DNA from: an uncultured delta proteobacterium
GTDB taxonomy: Bacteria > Desulfobacterota > Binatia > UBA9968
Assembly (NCBI GenBank): GCA_963840855.1
Contig: CAWJBB010000065.1
Location: 64,001-128,000, forward strand
Direction of reading: 5' to 3'
DNA: 64,000 bases
Each line of letters begins with the position of its first letter. Within the stretch, counting starts at the first letter, position 1. Positions 27,618-38,189 of this stretch are shown piece after piece. A program made the translations under genes and the position numbers. The notes below the pieces were generated by a model. The model was not told where the DNA came from and searched no databases. It saw nothing but the letters and a program-made list of their open reading frames with translations.

Positions 27618-30539
27618 ATGACGGCTTTGAAGCCTGCGGCGTTCAGAGCGACGGTTTGCATTCTCGCCATCTTGCTTTTCACTTACATTGCGCTTCTGGC
27701 AACCGTTAATTCTGCGCGCTTCCAGGAATGGCTTAAGATCGAGCTGGCGGAACGGACCGGTTATGAGGTCGCCGCCGGGCAGTTATGGCTAGATCCGCTG
27801 CTACGGCTGACCTTAACCGCGGTGACGGCTTCAAAAGCCTCTAGACCGGTTCTGCAGGCCCACCGAATTAGCGTGACGCTTAGCCCTATGACCCTGTTTT
27901 CGAAAAGCATCCATCGTCTGCGCCTCGAAAAGCCGACTCTAATCCTGGATCTCGATGAACTGACGCAGGCGACCAAAGAACCGCCCTTGGACATCAGCAT
28001 TCGGCATCTGAATATCGAAGACGGCGTGCTCGTCTTTAGACTAGACAGCGGTAATTCCGTCGATTTCCGATCTTTGGCCATGAATGCGGAGAATGTAAAT
28101 CTCGGCCAGGCAAGCGGCTTAAATTTGCGCGCGGATGTCCCGTGGCTCCAGGGCGTTGCCGAGGTCGTGATCACAGGCGATGGAATGGAGAAACTAGCTA
28201 CGGTCCGCGTCGAGCAGCCGCCGAGCAAAGCCTTAAGGAATTACGTACAGCCCAAGCAGCGCGCGCCCGACGCGCTCGAGGCCGAGATCAAGTTCAGCAA
28301 AAAAGACGACGAATCTCTGCGCATCGGCGCCACCGGCAAGTCAAACGGGATGATGATGGAAGGCGAAAAATTCAGCGGCCATTTCGACCTGCGCGCCGAC
28401 CTTGGCGCAGATCGCAAGGAGGCCGATGTCGATGCCAAAATCGTCGCAACGGAACTGCCTCCACAAATGCGTTTTTTACCCATCGCCCTGCCCAAAGGAA
28501 TAACCACGCTCGTTCTCGAAGGGAATTTCGTGACGGCTGATAAGAAGTTGGAACTGCGATCCTTTAGCTTGCAGTCCCCCCTTGGCGATGTCAGCGGAAC
28601 GGGGCAAGTTGAATTCATCCCGGAGGTCACTTTCTCCAAGACCAAAGTAAGTCTCCGCAAGGTTCCGCTCGAGGCGTTAAAGTCTTTGCTTCCCAGCCCG
28701 GCAAACGTGCTCGCTTCCGATGGGCTTCTCGACGCTGACCTGGAGCTTCGCGGCGCTTGGCGCTCCGTGGCGATCCTGGGCACTGTCCAAGGTTCGGGCA
28801 TGCAACTTCGAAGCGAGCAGTTCTCTCTGGCGACGCTCAGTTTCAAAGCGCCGGTGCAATGGGTTAACTCTTCATTTCGTGCCGCCGATGTGCAGATTTC
28901 AGGGCAAAAACTGCGGGTCCGGCAAAAAAGTCAGACGCCTATTGCGGCTGAAGAGCTGCGCATCAATGGAACATGGGAAGCCAATGTCCGCGAATCCATG
29001 AAGGCCGCCGGCCAGATCCGGATCAATCAAGGTCGATTCGCGTCGCTAGATGGCACCCGTGTGGGCGAAAACCTGACCCTCGCCGGTCGCTTCGAAATAT
29101 CAAGCCACCAGGACACAAAAGAAACTTCCATAACCGGCAAACTGGATATCGAACAGGGAGAAATGCTCTGGGGAAAATTCTATGGCGATTTGAAATCGCA
29201 GCGCCCCTCGTTGCAAATCGATGGCGACTACGTTCCCGGCGCGGACGTTCTCAGAATGCGTCAGTTGAATCTTGCCTTGGCAACTGTCGGCAGGGTCGTC
29301 GCTCGGGGTGACATTGAACAAGCCTCGCAGATCCCGGTCCTGCGCCTCGAAATTAAAAGCGCCGACATTCAGCCTGCGGGATTTTTCGAGTTCTTCATTC
29401 GGCACACACTGAACAGGAGCTTTCCGGTACTGGATCAGCTAGCGGTTGGAGGTCGGCTGGGTTTCGCGGTGAAAACGCAGGGCACCCTTGATAATCTATC
29501 CGTCGAAGGCGCTATTCAATTGCGCGGCGGTGAGGTTCAAAACAAGTCTAAAAATTGGCAGGTCGGACCGTTACAGCTCGAACTGCCGTTCCGCATTCAG
29601 TACCCGGCAGCGGGCTTGTCTCCAACGCCGTCGAATATACCCACGGGCACTCTGACCATCGAGTCGGCCCGTTTTGGGGCCGAGGCGATGCCGGCCACAA
29701 AGACGGCGGTATCTTTGTGGAACAATGCTCTGCGGTTTCGCCAGCCGATTCGTTTGCCGATCTATGGCGGCATCTTGGAAATTTCCGACCTGGCATTCAG
29801 GGATCTTATAGAAGATCCCCAGGCGGTCTCGCTTTCGCTGGAGACGAAGAATCTGCAATTGCAGAGACTCACGGAAGCGTTGGGCTGGTATCGGTTCGGC
29901 GGCACGCTGTCCGGCTCTATACCCAAGATCGAATGGGCCGGCGGTTCTTTGCGCAGCCAAGGTCAGATTCAAGTGGACGTATTTGGTGGACGCGTGCAGA
30001 TCAGCAAGCTGGAGGTGGAGAGCCCATTTTCTTCTGTTCCGTCGGTCAAGTTGGATGCGCTGTTCCGCGATATCGATCTGGAGCAAGCTTCTGAGACTTT
30101 TGCATTCGGACGGATCTCGGGCACTCTGGAGGGGACACTCAATGAACTTGTGATGACAGCTGGACAACCGTCGCAATTTCGCGCAGACGTTCGCAGCACA
30201 GAAAAGCCCGGCGTCAGTCAACGCATCAGCGTCGACTCGTTGAACAAGATCACCGTGCTGAGCTCAGGCAACGATGCCGGAGCTCTCTATGGCGGGATCG
30301 CCGGTTTTTTCGATAGCTTTCGCTATAGCAAACTCGGCTTCAAGGCGACCCTGAAGAACGACAATCTCTCGCTGCGGGGCGTGGAGAGTCGTGGGGACAG
30401 CGAATATCTCGTCGTCGGCAGCCTGCTTCCGCCATCGGTCAACGTCGTCAGCCACACGCAAGCAATCGCCTTCACCGAGCTGCTGCTCCGACTGGAGCGC
30501 ATACAAGAATCCAAACCGCTGGAGAAGTCAGCCAACTAG
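27618..30539 (+). CDS. AsmA-like/YdbH-like intermembrane lipid-transfer protein
   Basis: N-terminal TM anchor, long beta-rich body, adjacent DUF1318 gene. Confidence 0.7.
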   Translation: MTALKPAAFRATVCILAILLFTYIALLATVNSARFQEWLKIELAERTGYEVAAGQLWLDPLLRLTLTAVTASKASRPVLQAHRISVTLSPMTLFSKSIHRLRLEKPTLILDLDELTQATKEPPLDISIRHLNIEDGVLVFRLDSGNSVDFRSLAMNAENVNLGQASGLNLRADVPWLQGVAEVVITGDGMEKLATVRVEQPPSKALRNYVQPKQRAPDALEAEIKFSKKDDESLRIGATGKSNGMMMEGEKFSGHFDLRADLGADRKEADVDAKIVATELPPQMRFLPIALPKGITTLVLEGNFVTADKKLELRSFSLQSPLGDVSGTGQVEFIPEVTFSKTKVSLRKVPLEALKSLLPSPANVLASDGLLDADLELRGAWRSVAILGTVQGSGMQLRSEQFSLATLSFKAPVQWVNSSFRAADVQISGQKLRVRQKSQTPIAAEELRINGTWEANVRESMKAAGQIRINQGRFASLDGTRVGENLTLAGRFEISSHQDTKETSITGKLDIEQGEMLWGKFYGDLKSQRPSLQIDGDYVPGADVLRMRQLNLALATVGRVVARGDIEQASQIPVLRLEIKSADIQPAGFFEFFIRHTLNRSFPVLDQLAVGGRLGFAVKTQGTLDNLSVEGAIQLRGGEVQNKSKNWQVGPLQLELPFRIQYPAAGLSPTPSNIPTGTLTIESARFGAEAMPATKTAVSLWNNALRFRQPIRLPIYGGILEISDLAFRDLIEDPQAVSLSLETKNLQLQRLTEALGWYRFGGTLSGSIPKIEWAGGSLRSQGQIQVDVFGGRVQISKLEVESPFSSVPSVKLDALFRDIDLEQASETFAFGRISGTLEGTLNELVMTAGQPSQFRADVRSTEKPGVSQRISVDSLNKITVLSSGNDAGALYGGIAGFFDSFRYSKLGFKATLKNDNLSLRGVESRGDSEYLVVGSLLPPSVNVVSHTQAIAFTELLLRLERIQESKPLEKSAN

Positions 30540-30551
30540 ATGGGAGAAACC

Positions 30552-31136
30552 ATGTTAAAGAGGAGCTGTTTTGTTGTCGTATTTCTGCTGAGTGCGTGCG
30601 TTACGGTAAACATTTACTTCCCCGCGGCGGCCGTTGAAAGAGCCGCGGATCAGATCGTCAAGGAGACGTGGGGCAGCGGCCCCACAGAACCGGATAAAAA
30701 AGGGCAACCCCAAAGCAGGATTTTCAAGCCCGATGCGGCCACCGTGCTGTTTCACTTTGTCAACGAAGCGCACGCGCAAGAAGCCGATATCAATGTTTCA
30801 AACCCGGCGATTCGCGCGTTAAAGGATTCGATCAAAAATCGCAGCGAATTGCTCAAACCGTACATGGATCGCGGCAATGTCGGGATTACGCGCGATGGAC
30901 CGCTCGCGGTGCGCGCGACAGACGGTCTGAGTCTAAAGGAACGCGCCGAAGTCCAGCAGCTTGCAGATGCGGAAAATCGTGATCGCGAAGCGCTCTATCT
31001 CGAAATCGCCAAGGCCAATAACATTGCCAAGGAATCCGTGCCCAAGATCAAGGCGATTTTCGCCAAAAGCTGGGTCGAACAGGCAAGACCGGGCTGGTGG
31101 ATCCAAGACGCGCAGGGAAACTGGAGAAGAAAATAG
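30552..31136 (+). CDS. DUF1318 (YdbL-like) lipoprotein with YnbE-like N-terminus
   Basis: LSACVTVNIYFP; AENRDREALY.EIA.AN; PGWWIQ...GNW. Confidence 0.8.
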   Translation: MLKRSCFVVVFLLSACVTVNIYFPAAAVERAADQIVKETWGSGPTEPDKKGQPQSRIFKPDAATVLFHFVNEAHAQEADINVSNPAIRALKDSIKNRSELLKPYMDRGNVGITRDGPLAVRATDGLSLKERAEVQQLADAENRDREALYLEIAKANNIAKESVPKIKAIFAKSWVEQARPGWWIQDAQGNWRRK

Positions 31137-31466
31137 TCGTATAATAGCGCGGACCCTGCAGGTTGCGCGTTGTCATTTCGAACGAAGAAAGAAAACTTTC
31201 TCTAGCGAATTGCCAACCTCTCAAGACAAGGGCGGGTTTGAAACCCGGATTCCGCAGTTAAAGCTAACGGCACGTGAGCGAGGCGCAAGCCTGGAGTAGC
31301 GAAGGCACTCAACTCCGAAATTTCAAAGTCCTTTTCGATGTTTCACACCGTTGTGACTCTTGAATTTCTCATCAAAGCACCGCTGATCGATATCCTCTCA
31401 GAGGCATAGACCCATTGACTTCGCTACGGAGGGGTTGCGTCTCGCTCTTTGCGTCGATCGCGAACT

Positions 31467-32279
31467 CTACCCTTTCCCTAGTTCCCGCGATCGCTCGGTG
31501 GCGTTGACCACGGCTTTCATCACCGTGCCCCGAAAGCCGCCTTGTTCGAGGGCATAGATGCCCGCGATGGTGGTGCCGCCCGGCGACGCTACTTCGTCTT
31601 TCAACTCACCGAGGTGCTTCGAGCTTTCGAGCGCCATGCGCGCAGCGCCGTAAACCGTTTGCATCGCCAGCTTGAGCGCTACGTCGCGCGCCAACCCCGC
31701 CTGCACGCCACCGTCGGCCAAGGCTTCCATAAAAAGAAAAACATAAGCCGGCCCACTGCCGCTCAGGCCGGTCACGGCATCCAAGTATCTCTCCTCCACC
31801 AGCATGGCGACGCCGAAACTGTTGAGAATCGAACCGACATGCTCAAGGTCTTGAGCCGTGGCGTGCGCCCCGCCGGCGTAACCGGCCGCTCCGGCACCTA
31901 CGACGCAAGGGATATTAGGCATGACGCGCACGACCCGGGCCTCCGGCGCGAGATTCGCTTCGAGCCGGGATAGCGGAACGCCCGCCGCCACCGAGACCAG
32001 GAGTTTCGACGAGCCAAGTTTTTTGGCGATCTCTCTGGCCACGCCGTCAACGATTTGCGGCTTGACCGCGAGGATCGCGATATCGGCGAAGTCACAAAGC
32101 GCGCCGTTGTCGGGCGTCACTTCGACGCCAAGCTCATTGGCGATGGCCTGACGCAGCTCGGCGCTTACGTCACTCGCCATCACCTGCTCTTTGCGCGCCA
32201 GCCCTGCGCGAATAACCCCGCGGGCGATTGCGGCGCCGATTTTCCCGGCGCCGATGACGCCGATTTTCGCGGTTAACAT
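31467..32279 (-). CDS. proC: pyrroline-5-carboxylate reductase
   Basis: GAGKIG, LAVKPQ, RVMPN, GLSGSGPAY, SPGGTT. Confidence 0.96.
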   Translation of the reverse strand: MLTAKIGVIGAGKIGAAIARGVIRAGLARKEQVMASDVSAELRQAIANELGVEVTPDNGALCDFADIAILAVKPQIVDGVAREIAKKLGSSKLLVSVAAGVPLSRLEANLAPEARVVRVMPNIPCVVGAGAAGYAGGAHATAQDLEHVGSILNSFGVAMLVEERYLDAVTGLSGSGPAYVFLFMEALADGGVQAGLARDVALKLAMQTVYGAARMALESSKHLGELKDEVASPGGTTIAGIYALEQGGFRGTVMKAVVNATERSRELGKG

Positions 32280-32299
32280 CTCGGACCTCCCCTTTCTAT

Positions 32300-32445
32300 G
32301 GGTTCAATGGCTTCGCCTGTTCAACGTTCAATGTGGCGACTTGGGCGCGGTTCAAGGTTCCGGGTTCAAGGTTCAACGACCCATCCCAACCTTGAACTTT
32401 GAACATTGAACGTTGAACAGGCGAAGCCATTGAACTTTGAACCGC
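32300..32445. repeat. heptamer-built dispersed repeat, copy B
   Basis: GTTCAA and TTGAAC tandem units in inverted arrangement. Confidence 0.7.
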
Positions 32446-32456
32446 GCATCGCCAGA

Positions 32457-35400
32457 TCAAAAACGCTTGCCGATGGATTCCAGTGCCTTCGCCGCATCGG
32501 CCTCATCCGGGCTCAGCGCCAGAACCTCGCGGAATTTGAGCTCCGCATCCCGGATTCTGCCGAGCTGCGCATAGGCCTTGCCGAGCGCGAGCCGCCAATC
32601 ATTTCTGCGCCGCCGCATGCGCAGCGCTTCCTCATAGGAACCGGCGGCCTTGTCCCATATCCCCAATTTCGAATAGACTTCGGCCAGCTCGGAATAGAGG
32701 TGATGGGATTCTTCGCCTTTGGCCTTGGAACGTTCAAGCGATTGCTTCGCCTGCTCGAATATTTTTTTCATCTGCTCGGGATTTTTTTCTTCCTTCGCCT
32801 GCGCCGCGGTCAAACGCCCCCAGGCCAGCAGCACCGCGGGATGATCCGGCTGCATCTCCCGCGCCGGCGTGAACCATTTTCCCGCTTCCTTGATATCGCC
32901 ACCATGGAGCGCGATATTGCCCAACCCAAGGTATGGCAGCACCTCCTTGCTCCCCAGGCCGATGACCTTGCCGTAAACCTCCTTGGCGTCAGGTAAGTAC
33001 AATTCATCGCTCATCGCCAGAACCTGAGTCGTGCTATCGCGGTCGAGCTCCAGCGCTTTGAAAATCGCCTTGGCGCCTTCAGAGCTTTTGTCCTGATCGA
33101 GCAATACCTTCGCTTGCAGAAGATAAAATTTGGCATTCTTCGGATCCAGGCGAATCGCCTGCTCCAACTCTTTCAAGGCCCGGTCACTGGCGACGCTCGC
33201 GACGTAGGATTCGGCAAGGTAGTAGTGATGCATTGCCTCGGATACTCCCGGCGGCGTGCCGGTCTTGAGCCACGGCGGCGTATCGACGAGGTGCGGCGCC
33301 ATCAAACGCTGGTTCAATGTCGTCGTCGGCCGCCGCAAATTCTTTGGCGCCGAGAACTCCAGCTCTGCGCCGTCATCGGTGTTGATATCGGCACGCTTGG
33401 AGAACTCCAGCATCGCCTCGCGGCCCATGCGGTAAAAGCCCTGCACCGCGTAAACATCCGAGAGCCCGAGATAGTCAAGATCCGATCTCAACATTGGGTT
33501 ACTGTCATAGATTGCCTTCACCGCCGCGTAATTGAAGACCTGGGGCCGCTTGCTGCCGATGAGCAGAAAGTCGCTTTCTTTCATGCCCCAGAGCGAGACA
33601 TGCGGGAAGGCCTCGGAGAAAGTGCGAAAAACCATACGGAAATCGTCCGGCGACATCGAGTAGTTGTGAAACCACTGGGCAAAGATGCCGTCGTCCTTGA
33701 TTTTCGAATTGATGACCCGATAAAACTCCCGGGTGTAGAGATTGGCGATGCCGGCGATCCACGGATTGGACGGCTCGGCGGTGATGACGTCGTAATATTT
33801 CGGCGTGGCCAGGATATAATTGCGCCCATCGGTGGGGATCACCCGCACCCGCGGGTCTTCCAGAACGCTCGAATGGCGCGAGTGGCGCGCGTTGCGGAAC
33901 AGTTTATCGAGGGCGCCGCGATAGTCCTTGTCTTCTGAAAGCTTCATCAAGCGCGCCCGTTCCGGTTCTTCCATCACGCCTTTGTAATAAAGGCGTTTTT
34001 CCCCGCTGTCGTACCAGATCCTGTCTTTCGAGCTGTCCGCCGGAAAGCTCACATTGGCTGGTAGTTTTTCCATCGACACCCAGGCGTGGTTGAAAAATTT
34101 GCTCGCCTCGATCATTGCCGGCTCGATCTCTATGACCTCGATCCCCTTGAGCGATTGAAACGTCGCCAGCGCCTTCGCCGACATGCCGCTGCCGAGCCCG
34201 ATGGTGAGCGCCTGCTCGGCTTTGGGATGAAGCATCATGGGGATGTAGCTGGTCATGAGCTGGCTCAGAGCGTCGCCGTAGGAGCCGTCGATCTTGCCAT
34301 TGGACTTGAAGTAAATATATTCGCTGCCGGTGATCCGGTGCACACTCACCGTACTGGTCAAACCCTCCTTGTAAAAAAGCACTTCGTCGCGCTTCATTTC
34401 CTCGATGCGCAGCGAGTCGCTGGGCACACTTTCGTAGCGGTCATTGTATATCGTCACGCCGCTGGTCAAGATATGGCGGTCCCAACGGGGCATGCGAATA
34501 GGCACGGCGATGGCCAGCACCAACACAGCCGCGCCCAGGGCGTAACGGGGCAACGCCGAAAGCCGGGTATCGCTCAACACCAGCCAGCAGCCGATGGCCA
34601 GATTCACGACCACGGCAAAAATGATGGAGTTTTGTACGCCAATGTTGGGGATGAGAATAAAGCCGCCGGCAAAGGCGCCAACCACGGCGCCAACGGTGTT
34701 GGCGGAATAAGAGCTGCCCACACCGCTACCCACGCGGTATAAGCTTTGAGTGAAAAGCCGCGCCACCAGAGGAAAGGTCATTCCCAGGAGCACGGTGGGA
34801 ATGAACATCACCAGCGCAGAGAGAAAGACCTGAAGGTATAGAAAAACCGTGAAGGTGTCGCCGAAACCGTGCAGCAGGCGCACAAAAATCAACGGCAGCC
34901 GTTCGAACAGCGGTATCGTCGCCAACGCGGCGAGGCCCACCCACAGCTCGATCAAGCCGAAGGTGCTCAGGCGCGCCTCCCGCTCGCCCATGAAACGGGC
35001 GTAAATAAATCCGCCGAGGGCCAGGCCGATCAAAAAAGTCACCAGCATGGTGGTGAACGAGTAGATCGAGCTGCCGATCACCAGAGTCAACGCCCGCGTC
35101 CAGGCGTTTTCGTATACCAGCGAGGCGAATCCGGAGAACGCAAAGGATAACAGGACAATCCACCGCAAAGACGAAGACGACGCCTCCGCCGCTGGGACCG
35201 CCGCTTCGGCGACCGCGGCCTGGGCGGCGAGATGCTGGGGGTCTTTGTCGCGCAGGCGGTCAACTAATAAAATGAGCAGCGCGATGACCATGTTCGTCGC
35301 GGCGGCGACATAGACCGTCGCCCGCATGCCTATCACCGGAATAAAAACGAAGCCGGCCGCCGCGCAGCCGATCACAGCGCCTAGTGTATTGGTGGCGTAG

Positions 35401-35888
35401 AGGTCGCCGACCCGCCGGCCAAATTGGGCGAAGCTGCGCACGAAAAAGCGGCTCAAAACCGGCAGGGTCGCCCCCATGAGCAATGTCGGAAAGACCAGCA
35501 GGACGAACGATAAGGCGAAGAGAACCAGGTTAAACAAGAAAGGATGACTTTCGTTGAGGCCAAAGATCGGCCCATAGACTTTTTGCGCCAGGGTGAATAG
35601 CCAGGGCACGGCAAAGCCGTAAACGCCGACGCCGGCTTCAAGGATACCGTAAAGCAAGAAATCGTTCTTGCCCCGGTCCGCGATCTTACCGAACAGATAA
35701 CTTCCGATCGCCAGCCCCGCCATGAACGCCGACAATACCGTGGCGATCGCGTAGGTGGTGTTACCGAAAATCTGCGTCAACATGCGCGTCCAGACTACCT
35801 GGTAAATAAGCCCGGCGGCGCCGGAAAAGAAAAAACAAAAAAGACCGACTAAAAGCAGCCAGTCTTGTCGGGAACGCTGTTCAGCCAT
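32457..35888 (-). CDS. fused membrane (MFS-like)/spermidine-synthase-like protein with TPRs
   Basis: SGAAGLIYQVVWTR TM repeats; IGLGSG, IEIEP, DGRNY, EPSNPW; C-terminal TPRs; start could be 35912. Confidence 0.88.
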   Translation of the reverse strand: MAEQRSRQDWLLLVGLFCFFFSGAAGLIYQVVWTRMLTQIFGNTTYAIATVLSAFMAGLAIGSYLFGKIADRGKNDFLLYGILEAGVGVYGFAVPWLFTLAQKVYGPIFGLNESHPFLFNLVLFALSFVLLVFPTLLMGATLPVLSRFFVRSFAQFGRRVGDLYATNTLGAVIGCAAAGFVFIPVIGMRATVYVAAATNMVIALLILLVDRLRDKDPQHLAAQAAVAEAAVPAAEASSSSLRWIVLLSFAFSGFASLVYENAWTRALTLVIGSSIYSFTTMLVTFLIGLALGGFIYARFMGEREARLSTFGLIELWVGLAALATIPLFERLPLIFVRLLHGFGDTFTVFLYLQVFLSALVMFIPTVLLGMTFPLVARLFTQSLYRVGSGVGSSYSANTVGAVVGAFAGGFILIPNIGVQNSIIFAVVVNLAIGCWLVLSDTRLSALPRYALGAAVLVLAIAVPIRMPRWDRHILTSGVTIYNDRYESVPSDSLRIEEMKRDEVLFYKEGLTSTVSVHRITGSEYIYFKSNGKIDGSYGDALSQLMTSYIPMMLHPKAEQALTIGLGSGMSAKALATFQSLKGIEVIEIEPAMIEASKFFNHAWVSMEKLPANVSFPADSSKDRIWYDSGEKRLYYKGVMEEPERARLMKLSEDKDYRGALDKLFRNARHSRHSSVLEDPRVRVIPTDGRNYILATPKYYDVITAEPSNPWIAGIANLYTREFYRVINSKIKDDGIFAQWFHNYSMSPDDFRMVFRTFSEAFPHVSLWGMKESDFLLIGSKRPQVFNYAAVKAIYDSNPMLRSDLDYLGLSDVYAVQGFYRMGREAMLEFSKRADINTDDGAELEFSAPKNLRRPTTTLNQRLMAPHLVDTPPWLKTGTPPGVSEAMHHYYLAESYVASVASDRALKELEQAIRLDPKNAKFYLLQAKVLLDQDKSSEGAKAIFKALELDRDSTTQVLAMSDELYLPDAKEVYGKVIGLGSKEVLPYLGLGNIALHGGDIKEAGKWFTPAREMQPDHPAVLLAWGRLTAAQAKEEKNPEQMKKIFEQAKQSLERSKAKGEESHHLYSELAEVYSKLGIWDKAAGSYEEALRMRRRRNDWRLALGKAYAQLGRIRDAELKFREVLALSPDEADAAKALESIGKRF

Positions 35889-36074
35889 ATCGGTTTCCGT
35901 GAGGACCTCCATCAAACGAATTCAAGAAGTGATAGCAAGGCGCTATACAAGTGTAAAGGCTTGCCGGTTCTTTAGACGAATGAATCGGCGCTGGCATCCG
36001 CCAACACGCCGGGCCCAGGGCAATGTCAAAGCCACTTTCACTTTACTAAACTGAATTCACATTGCGTTTGTCCA

Positions 36075-36152
36075 AAAATCCCGCCTTCCCGCCCTTTTTC
36101 AAAGGGGGGGATAAAAAGTCTCCCTTTGTAAAGGGAGATTTAGAGGGATTTT
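36075..36152. repeat. REP-like CCCTTT...AAAGGG double palindrome
   Basis: CCCTTTTTCAAAGGGG and TCTCCCTTTGTAAAGGGAGA. Confidence 0.55.
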
Positions 36153-36398
36153 TAATCCGCTCAGACGACTTCGACGAGACCCCCGCGCCGGGCCGCGTTG
36201 ACTTTCGAAAAATTGTCGTATATTCCTTCATTCCGTTCCGACATGCCGCGTCGAACGAGATCTCGCCAAATCCGAAAACCATTTGGGCTAAAGGAATTTC
36301 CAGATATATTATCGGGTAGGGCTATCTCAATCGGATTTGATGGCGGCATGCCGATGAAGGTCGCAAAACGCATGCAAAACTAAGTTTGGAGGAGACTC

Positions 36399-37973
36399 AT
36401 GGCAAAAGCTGCGAGGAAAGAGGGAGCGGCGCCTCAAGAGGTCAAAGACCTGCGCGCCACGATCGAATGGCTGAAAAAAGAGGGCGACCTGATCGTCACC
36501 GACAAAGAGGTCGATCCCGATCTCGAGATCACCGGGATCCAGAAACAATTGGATGGCGGCTGCCCGATACTGTTCAATAATATCAAGGGTAAGCCCCAGC
36601 ACCGCTGTGTCACTAATCTCTTCGGCGACATGAACGTCATCAACAAGATGTTCGGTTGGAAAGACCACACCGATCGCACGAGGAAATTGGCCTACGCTCT
36701 CACCCATCCGATTGCGCCGATCATCGTTGATCAAAAGGACGCGCCGGTCCAAGAAGAAGTGATCGAGAAGCCCGCCGAGGCGAACGACTATGTGGTTCCC
36801 ATTCGTCACACCGACATCGAGCCCGAACTGACCGTCGGCTCCGGAAACGGCTTGATCTCCGGTGAATACTTCGATGGCGGCACGCATATCGGCTATAACC
36901 GGATGAATTTCCGTTGGGGCAATGTCGGAACGTTCCAAATCTCCCCCGGCTCTCACAGTTGGCAGGTTGTCAGCAAGTATTACAAAGAGAACAAGCTGGT
37001 CCCGATGACCATGAATTTTGGTTTGCCGCCATCTTGTACGCTGATGGCGGGAGCCGGGTTCGACTATGTCATTCTGCCCCAAGGTTGCGATGAGATCGGG
37101 ATGGCAGGGGCGGTTCAAGGCGCTCCGGTGAAGTTGGTGAAGGCGCGCACAGTTGATGCGTTGGCCGTGGCTGACGCCGAAGTTGTCCTGGAAGGATACC
37201 TAAACCCGCGCGACCGCCGCTTTGAAACGGCGGAGTCGGAAAAAGCCGGCGTTCAGGGACGTTTTCACTTCCATCCGGAATGGGCCGGCTACATGGGCAA
37301 AGCCTATAAGGCGCCGACGTTCCACGTCACGGCGGTCACGACCCGTAAGCGCGATGCCAAGCCGATCATCTTCCCGCTCGGCGTCCACACCCTCGACGAT
37401 CACAACATCGACACGACAGTGCGCGAAGCGGCGATGTTCGAGCTGTGCGAGAGAATGCAGCCGGGAATAATCATGGACGTGAACATCCCCTACTGCATGA
37501 CCGACTGGGGCGGCGCGATCATTCAAGTCAAAAAGCGCAACAGAATCGAAGAGGGCTGGCAGCGCAATTTTATGGCGGCGATTCTCGCGACTTCGCAAGG
37601 CTCGCGGCTGGTCGTCGCCGTCAGCGAAGACTGCGACCCCTACGACATGGACGATATCATGTGGTGTCTGACTACCCGCGTGAATCCCAAAACGGACATC
37701 ATCAATCCGCTTCCCGGCGGGCGCGGCCAGACCTTCATGCCCGCGGAACGCATGACCGCCGGCGAGCGCGAATGGACGGCGTCCAATACCATGTTTGAGG
37801 GCGGCATGGGCATCGACGCCACGGTCCCCTTCGGTTACGAAAACGATTTCATGCGCCCGGTTTATCCCGTCGACAGAATCGATCTCAAGAAATGGTTCAG
37901 CGACAAGGATATCGCAAACGCCAAATCCCGCATGCAAGGCTGGGTGCACTCCCTGGCTCGCACCGGAAGATAG
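36399..37973 (+). CDS. UbiD-family decarboxylase, phthaloyl-CoA decarboxylase-like
   Basis: GYNRMNFRWGNVGTFQISPGSH, FHFHPEWAGYMGKAY and C-terminal LARTGR resemble Pcd/PhtDa as recalled. Confidence 0.8.
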   Translation: MAKAARKEGAAPQEVKDLRATIEWLKKEGDLIVTDKEVDPDLEITGIQKQLDGGCPILFNNIKGKPQHRCVTNLFGDMNVINKMFGWKDHTDRTRKLAYALTHPIAPIIVDQKDAPVQEEVIEKPAEANDYVVPIRHTDIEPELTVGSGNGLISGEYFDGGTHIGYNRMNFRWGNVGTFQISPGSHSWQVVSKYYKENKLVPMTMNFGLPPSCTLMAGAGFDYVILPQGCDEIGMAGAVQGAPVKLVKARTVDALAVADAEVVLEGYLNPRDRRFETAESEKAGVQGRFHFHPEWAGYMGKAYKAPTFHVTAVTTRKRDAKPIIFPLGVHTLDDHNIDTTVREAAMFELCERMQPGIIMDVNIPYCMTDWGGAIIQVKKRNRIEEGWQRNFMAAILATSQGSRLVVAVSEDCDPYDMDDIMWCLTTRVNPKTDIINPLPGGRGQTFMPAERMTAGEREWTASNTMFEGGMGIDATVPFGYENDFMRPVYPVDRIDLKKWFSDKDIANAKSRMQGWVHSLARTGR

Positions 37974-37996
37974 TCGCTACTAGTAGTCGCTTCGCT

Positions 37997-38085
37997 CCCG
38001 TTCAAGCCGTTCCAGTCGTTCAATTCGTTCAAAACGCTCCCATCAACGTTTTGAACGGCTTGAACGATTTGAACGTTTTGAACCA
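37997..38085. repeat. 9-mer inverted tandem repeat (CGTTCAAnn / nnTTGAACG)
   Basis: Same family as 41508-41580 and 13212-13270. Confidence 0.7.
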
Positions 38086-38189
38086 TTTACCGATTTTGCG
38101 TTGACAAACCCCTACCCTGTTTGATAGCAGTTGTGGCGCATCACGGCACAACCCGCTTTTTAATCCTTTAAAACAACGAGGCCGAAAGT

